From NCBI GenBank assembly GCA_963785235.1, contig CAWAUM010000010.1, forward strand, positions 84,365-148,364: a DNA stretch of 64,000 nucleotides, read 5' to 3'. The notes beneath the pieces were generated by a model that saw only the letters and a program-made list of their open reading frames with translations, was not told the origin of the DNA and did no database searches. Below are positions 34,536-43,994 of this stretch, in pieces. The DNA is from an uncultured delta proteobacterium (GTDB lineage Bacteria; Desulfobacterota; Desulfomonilia; UBA1062). The position numbers were made by a program, and so were the translations under genes. Numbering within the stretch: the first letter of the stretch is position 1; the number at the start of each line of letters is the position of its first letter.

Positions 34536-37500
34536 TTTCCGTTCTCCAGCCTTTCCAGGAGCGGGCCGTACACAATCATGGCCAGCTCACGAAAATCGTC
34601 ATCGAAGGGGTCAGCGCCTGCAAAGCAGATCCGCATGGCCGCATCCTCGCCTTCGCCGCTATTGTTCCAGCCTCCGGTCCATTCCTTACCCGCCGCCTGC
34701 ATGGCCCGCTCCACATTGCCGGTCTTCTTCATGTGCTCTGCATAGGCATACGAGCTTTTGGGGAAGAAAGGCAGCGGCCGGCACAGGCCCTGCCAGTACA
34801 CGTCCAGGAGCCCCTTCAGCACGGCAGAAGGCTCCTCCCCGGAGCTGATGCAGGCCTGCCCTGCCTTGTGGATGTGCATGCCCGCCACCTGCGCACCCGG
34901 GCTCACGGCCTTGAGCAGGAGCACGCTGACCCAGGCCCGCATGAGGTCGCCCGGTTTCAGGTCCGCATAGCGGAACGAGAGGAACCCGCCGCGGCCAAGA
35001 CAGTCCACGGCCCCGGTGATGGTGAAGGCGTCCACGGCCACGCTCACCTCTTTCCTGACCATCTCATAGCCCGCCATGGCCCGCCTGATGAGCGGGAGGA
35101 AGGCATCGATCTCACTGGCAATGCCTGCAAGCGCCAGCTCTCCGGGCACGCCGTGGGGCAGCACCCCTTCGGCCCTGAGCCGCGCCACGTCCGTCTCAAC
35201 TCCCTTGCCTGCCAGCCTCTCAGCCAGGATCCGCTGCTGCAGGCCGTATTGATCGAGGCCCGTTATGGCAAAGGGCTCCCGGTCGAGGAGTGCATCTTCC
35301 TCCCGGGGCAGCACTGCGCCCAGGCGGTGCCGCAGGAAGAACCGGGCCGGGTTCCGGAAGAACTCCAGGAGACGCTCCATGTCCACGCTCCGCAATTCTT
35401 CCTCGGGTTCGGAGATGCCTTACCGCCTTCCCCGGCCCTGCCTGTGATCCCGTGCGCAGCGCCCTGGCAGCGTCCGCATTGTCCCTGGAATAGCTGAACA
35501 GGCCCGTGCCTGCTGTGAAGTATTTGGGGTTGAAGGCCTGGAGGCAGTGGCGCTTCACCACGCACTGTGCTCACCGGGCCCTCCGGGCACGTAAAGGCCC
35601 TGTCCAGGTACTCCAGCAGGCTGCTCACCACCACCGAAGGCGGGATAGCGGCATTGTCCTGGATGCCCTGGCCCACATGGCTGATGAGAGCACGTTCCGG
35701 GCCGAGAGCAGGGCCTCGAGGAAGAGGTAGAGGTCGTCTTCGCGCCTGGACCGGTCGCCCTTGCGCGCCTGCATGGCCATGAGGTCGAGCCCGCTTGCGT
35801 AGTCCCTGCGGGGGAAGGATTCATGGTTCATGCCCATGAGGCAGATCACCTTGAACGGGATGCTCCGCATGGGCAGCATGGAGCAGAAGGTGACCCCGCG
35901 CTCCAGGAACCCGGCCCCTTCCGCAGCACTGCCGAAGGCGTTGCCCAGATGGTGCCGCACCACGTCGACAGCTCACCGCGCCGGTGAACCCGGCATCCCG
36001 CGCGATCTTCTCCAGGTCCCGCACCGCGGATTTCAGCCGCAGAAACTCACGAAGGGTCTCCTCATCCGCAGCAAACAGGTCGTCGATGATCTTGAGGAGC
36101 ACCTGTGACCACTCGCCAAACCCCCGCTCCTGCCTGAGCTCGTCCACTGCCGCAAAGAGCCTCTCCACGAAGTCCACGAAGCTGCCCAGGAGTTCTGCCG
36201 AGGCAGGGTCCATGCCGGCAAGGGCGCGATGCCCTCGAACAGCTCATCTCCCCCGGCCATGGCATAGCCCAGCAGGAGCCTCTTCAGGCCGAAGCCCCAG
36301 GTGTTCTCCTCGAACCCGGGCAGGCCCATCTGCTTCTTTATCACGACCGTCCCTGCCCCACCTGATATTCGCGCCTGTAACCCAGGCATGGACCTTGCGC
36401 ACATCCTCCTCGTCCATGCCGAACCGGGCCCGCACCGGCGCCTTGTCCAGCAGGTCCATGACCAGCGATGCCTCAAAGCGCTGTCCGGGCAGATCGAGCA
36501 CAGCCATGAGCGCATCCGCCAGCTGGGAGCTCCGCCTGAACGACCGGTCCGAGATGCTGTAGGGGATGCGGCGCGAATCCCCCTGTCCATGTCGAACACA
36601 GCCCGGATAAAGGGCGCATAGGCCTCGATATCAGGCGCCATAACCAGCACGTCCCGAGGCTCCAGCCCCTCAATTGCCATCATGCCCTTCCTGTCGTCCC
36701 CGCGAAGGCGGGGACCCAGGGATTCTGATAAAACCTGGATTCCCGCTTCCGCGGGAATGACGGATAAAGACTCGGAGGACAGAGGAGAGGGGGAACTCTC
36801 GAAGAGCCCCAGCAAGGTATCCAGCAGCACCTCCACCTCCCGCATAGGGCTGTGACAGGAGTGCACCTGAATGGAGCAGTCACCACGCCTCCACCTCTTC
36901 AGTCCCCTCATCGCCGGTAGTCCTCAGATTCAGGATGTCGTCCTGGACCCTTTCCAGCATGGTGGAACGCCCGCCCCCCACAAACAGATCCGTCTCCTCA
37001 GGCTCCAGATCGATGACCATGTCCAGGAAGTTCCTGCCAAGCCTGCCCATGCTGGCCAGGAGGTCGTTGCGCGATTCCATGTGCAGATCCGCCTCCGGCA
37101 CCCTGGCCGCGATCCTGGTGATGCGCCTTTCCGGCATGATGTCCGCCCAGTATTCCCTGCAGGGGTTCAGGCAGTAGAGGCTGACATCCATCAAAGCGGA
37201 AAGCCCCTTGAGCACCTCCAGATGGAATGCAGGCAGATACGAGATGCCGAAGATGGACACCCGCTCGGGCAGCTTCGACACATCCGGCCTGCGCAAGCCC
37301 GCGGCTGAAGAGCTGCTTGAGCCGGGCACGGTGGTTCGCCGCATCCCCTTCAACAATCTTGTTCCAGAGCACGGCCTGCCAGTTCTCCGGGTAGCCCGCA
37401 GGCGCACCGCCGCCCTCTTCCCACCCCAGCACGAGCTCGGGCCTGAATATGACATACTGGTCATAGATGTTCGCCATCATGGCGCTGAACTGGTAGAGCT

Positions 37501-37870
37501 TCATGCCCGCGGTGTCGCCCTGGAGGTAGTCCCTGATCCGGCTGAAGCCGCCCAAGCCCAGGAGCCCGGGCAGACAGTCCATGATGCGCAGCGTCATGGC
37601 ATCCTTTTCGAACAGGGCGGGCTGTGTGAACCCCGGCAGGATGCGCGAGAACATGTCCAGCACAAAGGCATTGGGAAACGGCCATTTGACGTTCGCGCAC
37701 ACGCCACTGCTGCGCGCCAACTCCATGGAGAGCCAGCGCTGCATGCCGCGGCTCTGCACCACGATGACCTCGGGGGCCAGAGGTGAGGAGAGCGGCTCGG
37801 ATAGAGACGCAGCAAGGGCCTGTGAAAGGACCTCGAGCCGGTTGCTCTCAATGAGTCTCAGGCCTGACAA
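34529..37870 (-). pseudogene. recC: RecC (exonuclease V gamma subunit) broken into at least 6 frame fragments
   Basis: N-terminal fragment 36998..37870 (MSGLRLIESNRLEVL...), then 36880..37464, 36033..36911, 35821..36213, 35625..35963 and 34529..35395. All collinear in different frames. Confidence 0.75.
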
Positions 37871-37960
37871 CAGACGCCTCCCACCATAGAATTATAGTGT
37901 GAGTAGTATAGCATGGATGGGGGTTGTCGGGAGTGGGAAAATGTTGTGGATAATTCCTTG

Positions 37961-38004
37961 GAGTTAACTGGGAGTTAACTGGGTTTAACTGGGGTTTAAC
38001 TGGG
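37961..38004. repeat. Four tandem 11-nt units (GAGTTAACTGG x2, GTTTAACTGGG x2)
   Basis: Read directly from the sequence. Lies between the recC start and the AraC stop. Confidence 0.7.
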
Positions 38005-38026
38005 GACGGGTTCACATTTCCACAAA

Positions 38027-39172
38027 TTATGTCGAGGTGTTTCCATCCGGTTGTACGAGTTCTTCCACAAGAGGATCGGTCGTCACATATTCATCCGAAG
38101 CATCTTTGAGGAGATTCGGAGGGAAGACCTTGATGATGGCCCTGCCCCTCCGGTAAGCCCTGGGTGTCGATCCGGTCCAGCGTCTGAACGCATGATTGAA
38201 CGCGCTCTGCTCGGAAAAGCCCAGCAGGAAAGCCATGTCGATGAACGACACTTCCGGGTCCTCCAGGAGTGCGTGCACCAAATCCTTCCTCGCCCGGTCG
38301 AGCAGCTCTGTGAAGGTCGTGCCCTCTTCCTTCAGCTTCTTCTGCAAACTCCTCACGCCCACGGCCAGCTCCTTTGCCACGGCATCGATGGTGGGGCGCC
38401 GGCCGTTCATCTTTGAGAGCGTCTTCATCACCCTATCCGACCAGGTGTCCGGGAGGTACATGTCATGGATCAGGCCCTGCGCATACCCCTCCAGCGTCTT
38501 CAGCAGCCCGGGGTCGGCCGCACGCACGGGCCGGGCTAGGTCCTCCACGGCAAGGACCAGGGCGCTCTCCTTCTGGCTGAACCTGAGCGGCGCCCGGAAG
38601 ATCCGCGCATGCTCGGACACGTCATCGGGCCGTCCATACCCGAAACGCACCTCCACGGGCCTGCACGAATCTTCCGTGAGGCGTACGAACACGGAATTCA
38701 GGACGCACAAGAGCGCCTCATCGGCATGACGGCCGAACCGCACGTCCTTCTGTGTGATCTCCCATCCCAGCAGTGCTTGGCCCTGCCCCGACACGATCCT
38801 CGGGCGCAAAGCGTCGTTCATGAGGTTGTGGTACCTGGCCAGCGCATCCAGCGCGCTGCCCACGGTGGGGCAGTTCATCACCACCACGAAGAGGATCTGG
38901 CTTGTCGTGACGTACTGCAGCTCTTCGGCAAAGTGCAGGCCGAAGTCCTTGTCCCCTGACAGGGAGGCGACCTCGTTCCATACCCTGTTGAATACATCCC
39001 CCCTTACCCTCGCCACGTGAACGTCCGGCAGGGATACATCCAGCCCGGCCGCAGCGAAGACGGCCTGCGCGTCGATGCCCTTGCCGGATGCATAGGCGGA
39101 CAGCATCCTGAGCAAGGTGCTTGATATGGTGGCGGTTCTTTCCTGGGCCTGCATAATTTCGTGGATTATCAA
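38027..39172 (-). CDS. AraC/XylS-family transcriptional regulator
   Basis: C-terminal AraC helix-turn-helix (LLGFSEQSAFNHAFRRWTGSTPRAYR). Confidence 0.8.
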   Translation of the reverse strand: MIIHEIMQAQERTATISSTLLRMLSAYASGKGIDAQAVFAAAGLDVSLPDVHVARVRGDVFNRVWNEVASLSGDKDFGLHFAEELQYVTTSQILFVVVMNCPTVGSALDALARYHNLMNDALRPRIVSGQGQALLGWEITQKDVRFGRHADEALLCVLNSVFVRLTEDSCRPVEVRFGYGRPDDVSEHARIFRAPLRFSQKESALVLAVEDLARPVRAADPGLLKTLEGYAQGLIHDMYLPDTWSDRVMKTLSKMNGRRPTIDAVAKELAVGVRSLQKKLKEEGTTFTELLDRARKDLVHALLEDPEVSFIDMAFLLGFSEQSAFNHAFRRWTGSTPRAYRRGRAIIKVFPPNLLKDASDEYVTTDPLVEELVQPDGNTST

Positions 39173-39265
39173 TTAATTTTCGTCAAAAGACAAGAATACT
39201 CGGTTCCAGACCGGCTATAACGCCTTCTAGATATTTCCATACCAGTGACACGAAAGGAGAAAACC

Positions 39266-39772
39266 ATGAGCGAACGGAACATACCAGTGAACAGGAGAGT
39301 GCACTGCAACCACACCATAGAGATCGAGGCGCCTGCGGAGAAGATCTTCCCGCTGCTCTGCCCGGTGGCGGAGTACGACTGGATCGACGGCTGGGACTGC
39401 AGGCTCGTGTATACCGGAAGCGGAGTGAACGAGGAAGGCTCTATCTTCACTGAGGAAATCATGGGGCCCGTACTCGCAGGTTCGGCCGCGACCTCAACTT
39501 GGGTCACCAACCGCTATGACGTGGAGAACCACCGGATATGGTTCGTCATCTTTATTACCGACCTGGCAGTGGTCAGGTACGATGTTGCACTCATCGAGAA
39601 GAAAAGCAGCCTGACACGCGTGGAGATGAACTTCGAGATCAGTGCCATGGACGAAAGGATCGGCGGCCTGGGCGATGAAGAAATCAGGACGCGCCTCATG
39701 ACCATCGTGGCGTTTCTCTCGGCGGCACTCAAGCACTACTGCGAGACCGGGGAGATGATGAAGGCGGCATGA
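39266..39772 (+). CDS. SRPBCC (Bet v1-like) family protein, tentative
   Basis: 169 aa with ribosome-binding site AGGAGAAAA. Fold assignment is from weak pattern only. Confidence 0.4.
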   Translation: MSERNIPVNRRVHCNHTIEIEAPAEKIFPLLCPVAEYDWIDGWDCRLVYTGSGVNEEGSIFTEEIMGPVLAGSAATSTWVTNRYDVENHRIWFVIFITDLAVVRYDVALIEKKSSLTRVEMNFEISAMDERIGGLGDEEIRTRLMTIVAFLSAALKHYCETGEMMKAA

Positions 39773-39801
39773 TTCAGTGCAGACAGGAAAAGGATAAGGC
39801 T

Positions 39802-40218
39802 ATGCAGACCAGGATCACGATCAAGGTGCGCGGGTACCACGCCGACGCCTTCGGGCATGTGAACCATGCGCGGTACCTGGAGTTCCTCGAAGAGGCCAGG
39901 TGGTCGTACTGTGAAGAGAACGGCATCATTGAGCGCCTCTTCTCGGCGAAGCAACTATTCCACGCCACGGTGAGTATAACCGTCAACTACAGGAGGAGCG
40001 CCGTGCCGGGAGACTCCCTCCTGATCGTTACCAGCGTATCCCAAAGGGGCGAACGGAGCTATACCATGAGCCAGCGGATCTTCCTGGGAGAGACCGACAC
40101 GCTCGTTACCGATGCCGAGGTGACGAGCGTGCTGCTGGACAGGGCCGGTGTTATTGTGCCGGTCGATGACGATGTCATGCGCATATGGCCGGACCTCTTG
40201 GACTGCCCGGGGCCATGA
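39802..40218 (+). CDS. Acyl-CoA thioesterase (4HBT/YbgC family)
   Basis: GHVNHARYLEFLEEAR hotdog-fold signature. Confidence 0.75.
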   Translation: MQTRITIKVRGYHADAFGHVNHARYLEFLEEARWSYCEENGIIERLFSAKQLFHATVSITVNYRRSAVPGDSLLIVTSVSQRGERSYTMSQRIFLGETDTLVTDAEVTSVLLDRAGVIVPVDDDVMRIWPDLLDCPGP

Positions 40219-40467
40219 GGAATGAATACGGGGTCTATTCATTCCGATCCGGTCCGAAGATCGTCCGATACTCTGATACAGTAGATGCGAGGAGTCTGAT
40301 TTCTGACATCATCACAATCCTCCTGAGAAATACTATTTCAGTATTTCTGAAACCGATGCAGCACAATTCAGGGTAATGCGCATCCCAGCCTTGGGCGCCA
40401 GGATCAATAAAGGGTCAGGTATTTTTTTCAAAGACAATACTCTACCCCTTTTCTCTGGATTCTCTTG

Positions 40468-40686
40468 CTATGCCGCCGGCTTCCAGTTGAAACTCAGCCT
40501 GCGTCCGCTTGCTGCACAGTCCCTCAGGTACAGGTTGATCAGGGTCTGGTAGGGGATGCCGGATTCATCGGACAGATCCTTGAAATACTGGATCGTCATT
40601 TCATCCAGCCGTATAGTCACCTGCTTTTTCAATCGTTTGGCATACGGATTCCGCTTGGCATTTGAAAAGTCATATTCCTTTCTCAT
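40468..40686 (-). CDS. brnA: BrnA-family (ribbon-helix-helix) antitoxin
   Basis: MRKEYDFSNAKRNPYAKRLKKQVTIRLDEMTIQYFK is the BrnA signature. ATG 40686 follows a GAGGTGG ribosome-binding site; the ORF-track start is GTG 40695. Confidence 0.75.
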   Translation of the reverse strand: MRKEYDFSNAKRNPYAKRLKKQVTIRLDEMTIQYFKDLSDESGIPYQTLINLYLRDCAASGRRLSFNWKPAA

Positions 40687-40775
40687 ATTCTCCACCTCTT
40701 GATGTACCCGATACCATGCTTGTGTCTGTTCGCCCTGTTCTTGTTTTCATCCCACTCAATTCGTAATGCATTCAT
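40683..40775 (-). pseudogene. brnT: Truncated BrnT (DUF497) toxin remnant, 30 codons
   Basis: Manual translation gives MNALRIEWDENKNRANRHKHGIGYIKRWRI*. The first ~20 residues match the BrnT N-terminal motif (FEWDENKNxxNxxKHG). The ORF then terminates overlapping the brnA ATG as ATGA. Confidence 0.55.
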
Positions 40776-40913
40776 ACATCATTTATAACTACATTGGCTT
40801 TACATTGCGAGTTTAACGACAAAAAGGGGACAGATTGATTTTTCTCGATTGGGCAATGGTTTGATCTGTTCTAATTGTCCCCCCCCTGTCAAGGACTGGC
40901 CCCCTTGCCTCTC

Positions 40914-41945
40914 TCAAGCCGGCCGATACCCGGTAAATGCATAATATTTGTTGCCCGGTATAAGATCTGTCGCGCAATTGCGTTCAAAGCCAGCTTCTGA
41001 CAACTGCTTCAGCATCTCATCCTTATCTGGAAGCCTCCCCCAGCCCTTGGTCGCTGCATGAATCAGATTCACAAGCTCAAACTCGATACTGCCGTTCCTG
41101 CATCCGGTGGTCAGAAGGATTCGGCCATTGGGCTTGAGAAGTTCCCGCAGATGTCTGAACAGCTCAATGCGCTCTTCGACCGGAAAATAGTATATATTGT
41201 TGTACAAGGTAACTATATCGAACAACCCAGGGTCACGGAAATTTCTCACATCTTCAACCACTATTTTCACGCGGTCTTCCAAACCTTTTGTTTGAACATT
41301 GCTGCGGGCTATTTCTGCAACCTGCGAATCAAGCTCCAATCCGAGCGCATTGAGCCTGTTGTTCTTGTCCGCTGCATACATAACATAACCCGCATGCCCG
41401 CAACCCACTTCAAGCAATCGAGTATGTCCTGATATGGGAAAACTGCGATCGATCAGTTCAAACACAAAGGGCTCAAGGGTTCGACTTGACCGGGCGATGA
41501 GATCACCGTATTCGCTGTGCTGATAGGCAGGGTCCCAGACGAGCCCCTGTTCCAGTTTTCCAGGTGTTTGCAGAATATAGAGATGATGAAGGCCCGCAAC
41601 TTCACGAACCAGGGCGCGTATCGCATCGTTTTCAGGGGCGGCCAGTTTTTTTGCCAGAAAACCCCGCAGAGAGTATCCCGCATCATCCTTTTTCAGCACA
41701 CCCAGGCGGACACCCAGTCCGAGCCAGGCCTCGGTTGCATTGCAGAGAGATGGGTCTTTCGCGAATGCACCGGTGAGGCTGCCAAGCGGAACAGGACCAC
41801 GGGATAACTTTCCAAGAATGACGCTGTCTGCCAATGAAGCAAAGAAACACAGACGGTAAAAAGAGGTAAACAGCATCTTGAACCGGAGCAACAGCAGCAA
41901 TCTTCCGCCATTTATCAATGACGCAACTGTTCGTAAGTTCATCAT
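40914..41945 (-). CDS. Class I SAM-dependent (O-)methyltransferase
   Basis: LLEVGCGHAGY motif I and a downstream acidic motif. Start ATGATG at 41945 with a GGAGGG ribosome-binding site. Confidence 0.7.
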   Translation of the reverse strand: MMNLRTVASLINGGRLLLLLRFKMLFTSFYRLCFFASLADSVILGKLSRGPVPLGSLTGAFAKDPSLCNATEAWLGLGVRLGVLKKDDAGYSLRGFLAKKLAAPENDAIRALVREVAGLHHLYILQTPGKLEQGLVWDPAYQHSEYGDLIARSSRTLEPFVFELIDRSFPISGHTRLLEVGCGHAGYVMYAADKNNRLNALGLELDSQVAEIARSNVQTKGLEDRVKIVVEDVRNFRDPGLFDIVTLYNNIYYFPVEERIELFRHLRELLKPNGRILLTTGCRNGSIEFELVNLIHAATKGWGRLPDKDEMLKQLSEAGFERNCATDLIPGNKYYAFTGYRPA

Positions 41946-42077
41946 CCCTCCTTCATACAATGAACCCCGACCGCTTCTATGTATGCGGGGTTGGAGACAG
42001 TACCGTGCTGATGGACAGGAGCGGGAAGATCCCATTGAGGATTCCCCCGCCCTCATGTCCATACATGTCTTAGCAGC

Positions 42078-42728
42078 TCAGTAGGTCCAACCGGCGGCAA
42101 AGGCGATCAGGTTCATTATGATGGGCACTGAATAGAAAAAGACCAGGAGGCCGATCTTGGCCTTCATGGTCTTTCTCGTGATCACCCATATGGCTGCACA
42201 GAAGAAGTGGAAGTACCCGATGAGGAAGATCAGGGGGATGCCCTTGAGCGAGAGATACCAGTAGGGATACTCCCACACCAGGTGGCCGCCCATGTTCAGC
42301 AGGCACTCCACGAAGACGCAGAATACCGAATAGCCGATGGCCCAGAACCACATCTCCGGGATACCCAGGATCTTCACCTTCTTGTTCTCGGTGAGGGTGT
42401 GGTAGAAGATGATGCCCACGATGGCGAACATGAACATGATCTCGATGTTCCAGCCCACCATGGTGCGCAGGGCCGTATCACCCGGTGTGGTCCAGAATGC
42501 GCTGCGCTGGGTGAAGTGCAGCACCCAGCCGTTCCAGCTCTCGTTGAAGAAATCCACCCCGAAGATGGCGGCACCGGAAAATACCGCATTCCAGTTTCCG
42601 TTCTCCTTGGCCAGTTTGATCTCCTTGGTGTAGATGTAGATAACGATGGCCAGAAGCGGAATGATGTACCACTTGATCATGGTAAGGTCCCTGAGTCCGT
42701 TAAGTGCCTGCAGTGTAGCCTCGGTCAT
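42078..42728 (-). CDS. Polytopic membrane protein of unknown function
   Basis: About 6 TM segments, 216 aa. Same strand as, and between, the TetR regulator and the methyltransferase. Confidence 0.5.
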   Translation of the reverse strand: MTEATLQALNGLRDLTMIKWYIIPLLAIVIYIYTKEIKLAKENGNWNAVFSGAAIFGVDFFNESWNGWVLHFTQRSAFWTTPGDTALRTMVGWNIEIMFMFAIVGIIFYHTLTENKKVKILGIPEMWFWAIGYSVFCVFVECLLNMGGHLVWEYPYWYLSLKGIPLIFLIGYFHFFCAAIWVITRKTMKAKIGLLVFFYSVPIIMNLIAFAAGWTY

Positions 42729-42774
42729 GGATATACCCCCTCTTTGTGTTTTTATTTCATGCCATCAATGGCAG

Positions 42775-43374
42775 TCATACCGGAAGATCCTGGGGTGTCC
42801 TGCATATACCCCGCAGGACTATCTTCATTCCCTCCTCGTACATGCGCGCAGCGGAGATCCCCTCCGACTTCACATACCGCTTGATGAGAAACATGATGTA
42901 GATGGAGAAGAAAAGTTCAGAGGTGTGGTCCACATCAACAGGCAGGAAGCGGCCCTCGGCGATGCCCTGGGCAATGATGTTCTTGATGAGCTGCATGGCT
43001 CCGAGGTTGATTTCGTAAAAGCGGTCTTCCCGGGGGGTCAGGGTGAAGATGCTGGGGTCTTTTATCAATACGGCGCGCAGGTCCTCATGGTCCACGAGGT
43101 ATTCGAATGACAGCTTCGCCATGACCGAGAACTTCCCGACCACATCGTCCACACCGGCAACGGCTTCGGCTACCGTTTCGCGCCATTGCTGCAGGGCTAG
43201 GCTCACGGCCTTTTCGTAGAGGTCACGCTTGCCGGACACGTAGAAGTAGATATTCCCCTTGGTCATACCCACTTCTGCAGCCACATCATCCATGGTGGTC
43301 TTCTGGTACCCGAAGCGGGCGAACAGCCTCAGTGAGGCTTGAAAGATCTCATTTTGCTTTTGGTGCTTGTCCAT
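42775..43374 (-). CDS. TetR/AcrR-family transcriptional regulator
   Basis: N-terminal helix-turn-helix FGYQKTTMDDVAAEVGMTKGNIYFYV. The listed start is TTG 43386; ATG 43374 is preferred. Confidence 0.8.
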   Translation of the reverse strand: MDKHQKQNEIFQASLRLFARFGYQKTTMDDVAAEVGMTKGNIYFYVSGKRDLYEKAVSLALQQWRETVAEAVAGVDDVVGKFSVMAKLSFEYLVDHEDLRAVLIKDPSIFTLTPREDRFYEINLGAMQLIKNIIAQGIAEGRFLPVDVDHTSELFFSIYIMFLIKRYVKSEGISAARMYEEGMKIVLRGICRTPQDLPV

Positions 43375-43386
43375 GGGCACCTTCAA

Positions 43387-43419
43387 TTAATTGACTAATT
43401 GACTCAATTAGTCAATTAA
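43387..43419. promoter_or_regulatory. 33-bp near-perfect palindrome; probable TetR operator
   Basis: ttaattgactaattgaCtcaattagtcaattaa, symmetric except for the centre base, 13 bp upstream of the TetR start. Confidence 0.65.
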
Positions 43420-43596
43420 TTCAAATTATCCCTCCTGTCAACCGATATCCAAATTCCTGGTCTTTTTTTCCAAGATTTTTTGAAGCTCTCCGGAAATCCA
43501 GAACGGGATCATGGATATCCGGCAGGGGTTTGGGGATCAGGACTAGAAAGGGATGAACAATAAGAGGACAGAATTATTTTTCACAATGCCAAAAGA

Positions 43597-43803
43597 CTAT
43601 TGATGCAATTCTATCCAGTAGAGGGCCTCATCAGGGGTATCAAATTCCTTTCCATTGATCTCTTCTTGTCCATCCTTTGCAATCGATGCCTTATATCTAA
43701 TGCTTGCCAAACCTTTCACCTTGCGGATATGACCAATGAACCTGTTATCATTATAAACCTGAAACAGTGAACCATCACCTTTTGAGGATTTCAGTCTGAT
43801 CAT
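43597..43803 (-). CDS. Small hypothetical protein (68 aa)
   Basis: ORF only. Confidence 0.3.
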   Translation of the reverse strand: MIRLKSSKGDGSLFQVYNDNRFIGHIRKVKGLASIRYKASIAKDGQEEINGKEFDTPDEALYWIELHQ

Positions 43804-43994
43804 TTTTATTCCTTCTATGCAGGAATCTATTCAGACCATATTTCCATAAGAATATCAAGTCATTTGAACCAGGAAAGCCCCTTGGAACCTCGTACAGAAA
43901 GACCCCCTCTTGATTTCAGACCAAAAGGAATCAGAGAGGTTTTCACATACGCCGACACCGGGGGCGCATTCATCTCCATAACCCTATCTTCCGT

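Noticed and set aside
37961-38004. Tandem 11-nt repeats as a CRISPR array
   Set aside because: Units are only 11 nt and contiguous with no spacers. No cas genes. Not CRISPR.
40185-40376. 63-aa ORF in the thioesterase-brnA intergenic region
   Set aside because: No ribosome-binding site, no recognisable family; lies in a probable promoter/terminator region.
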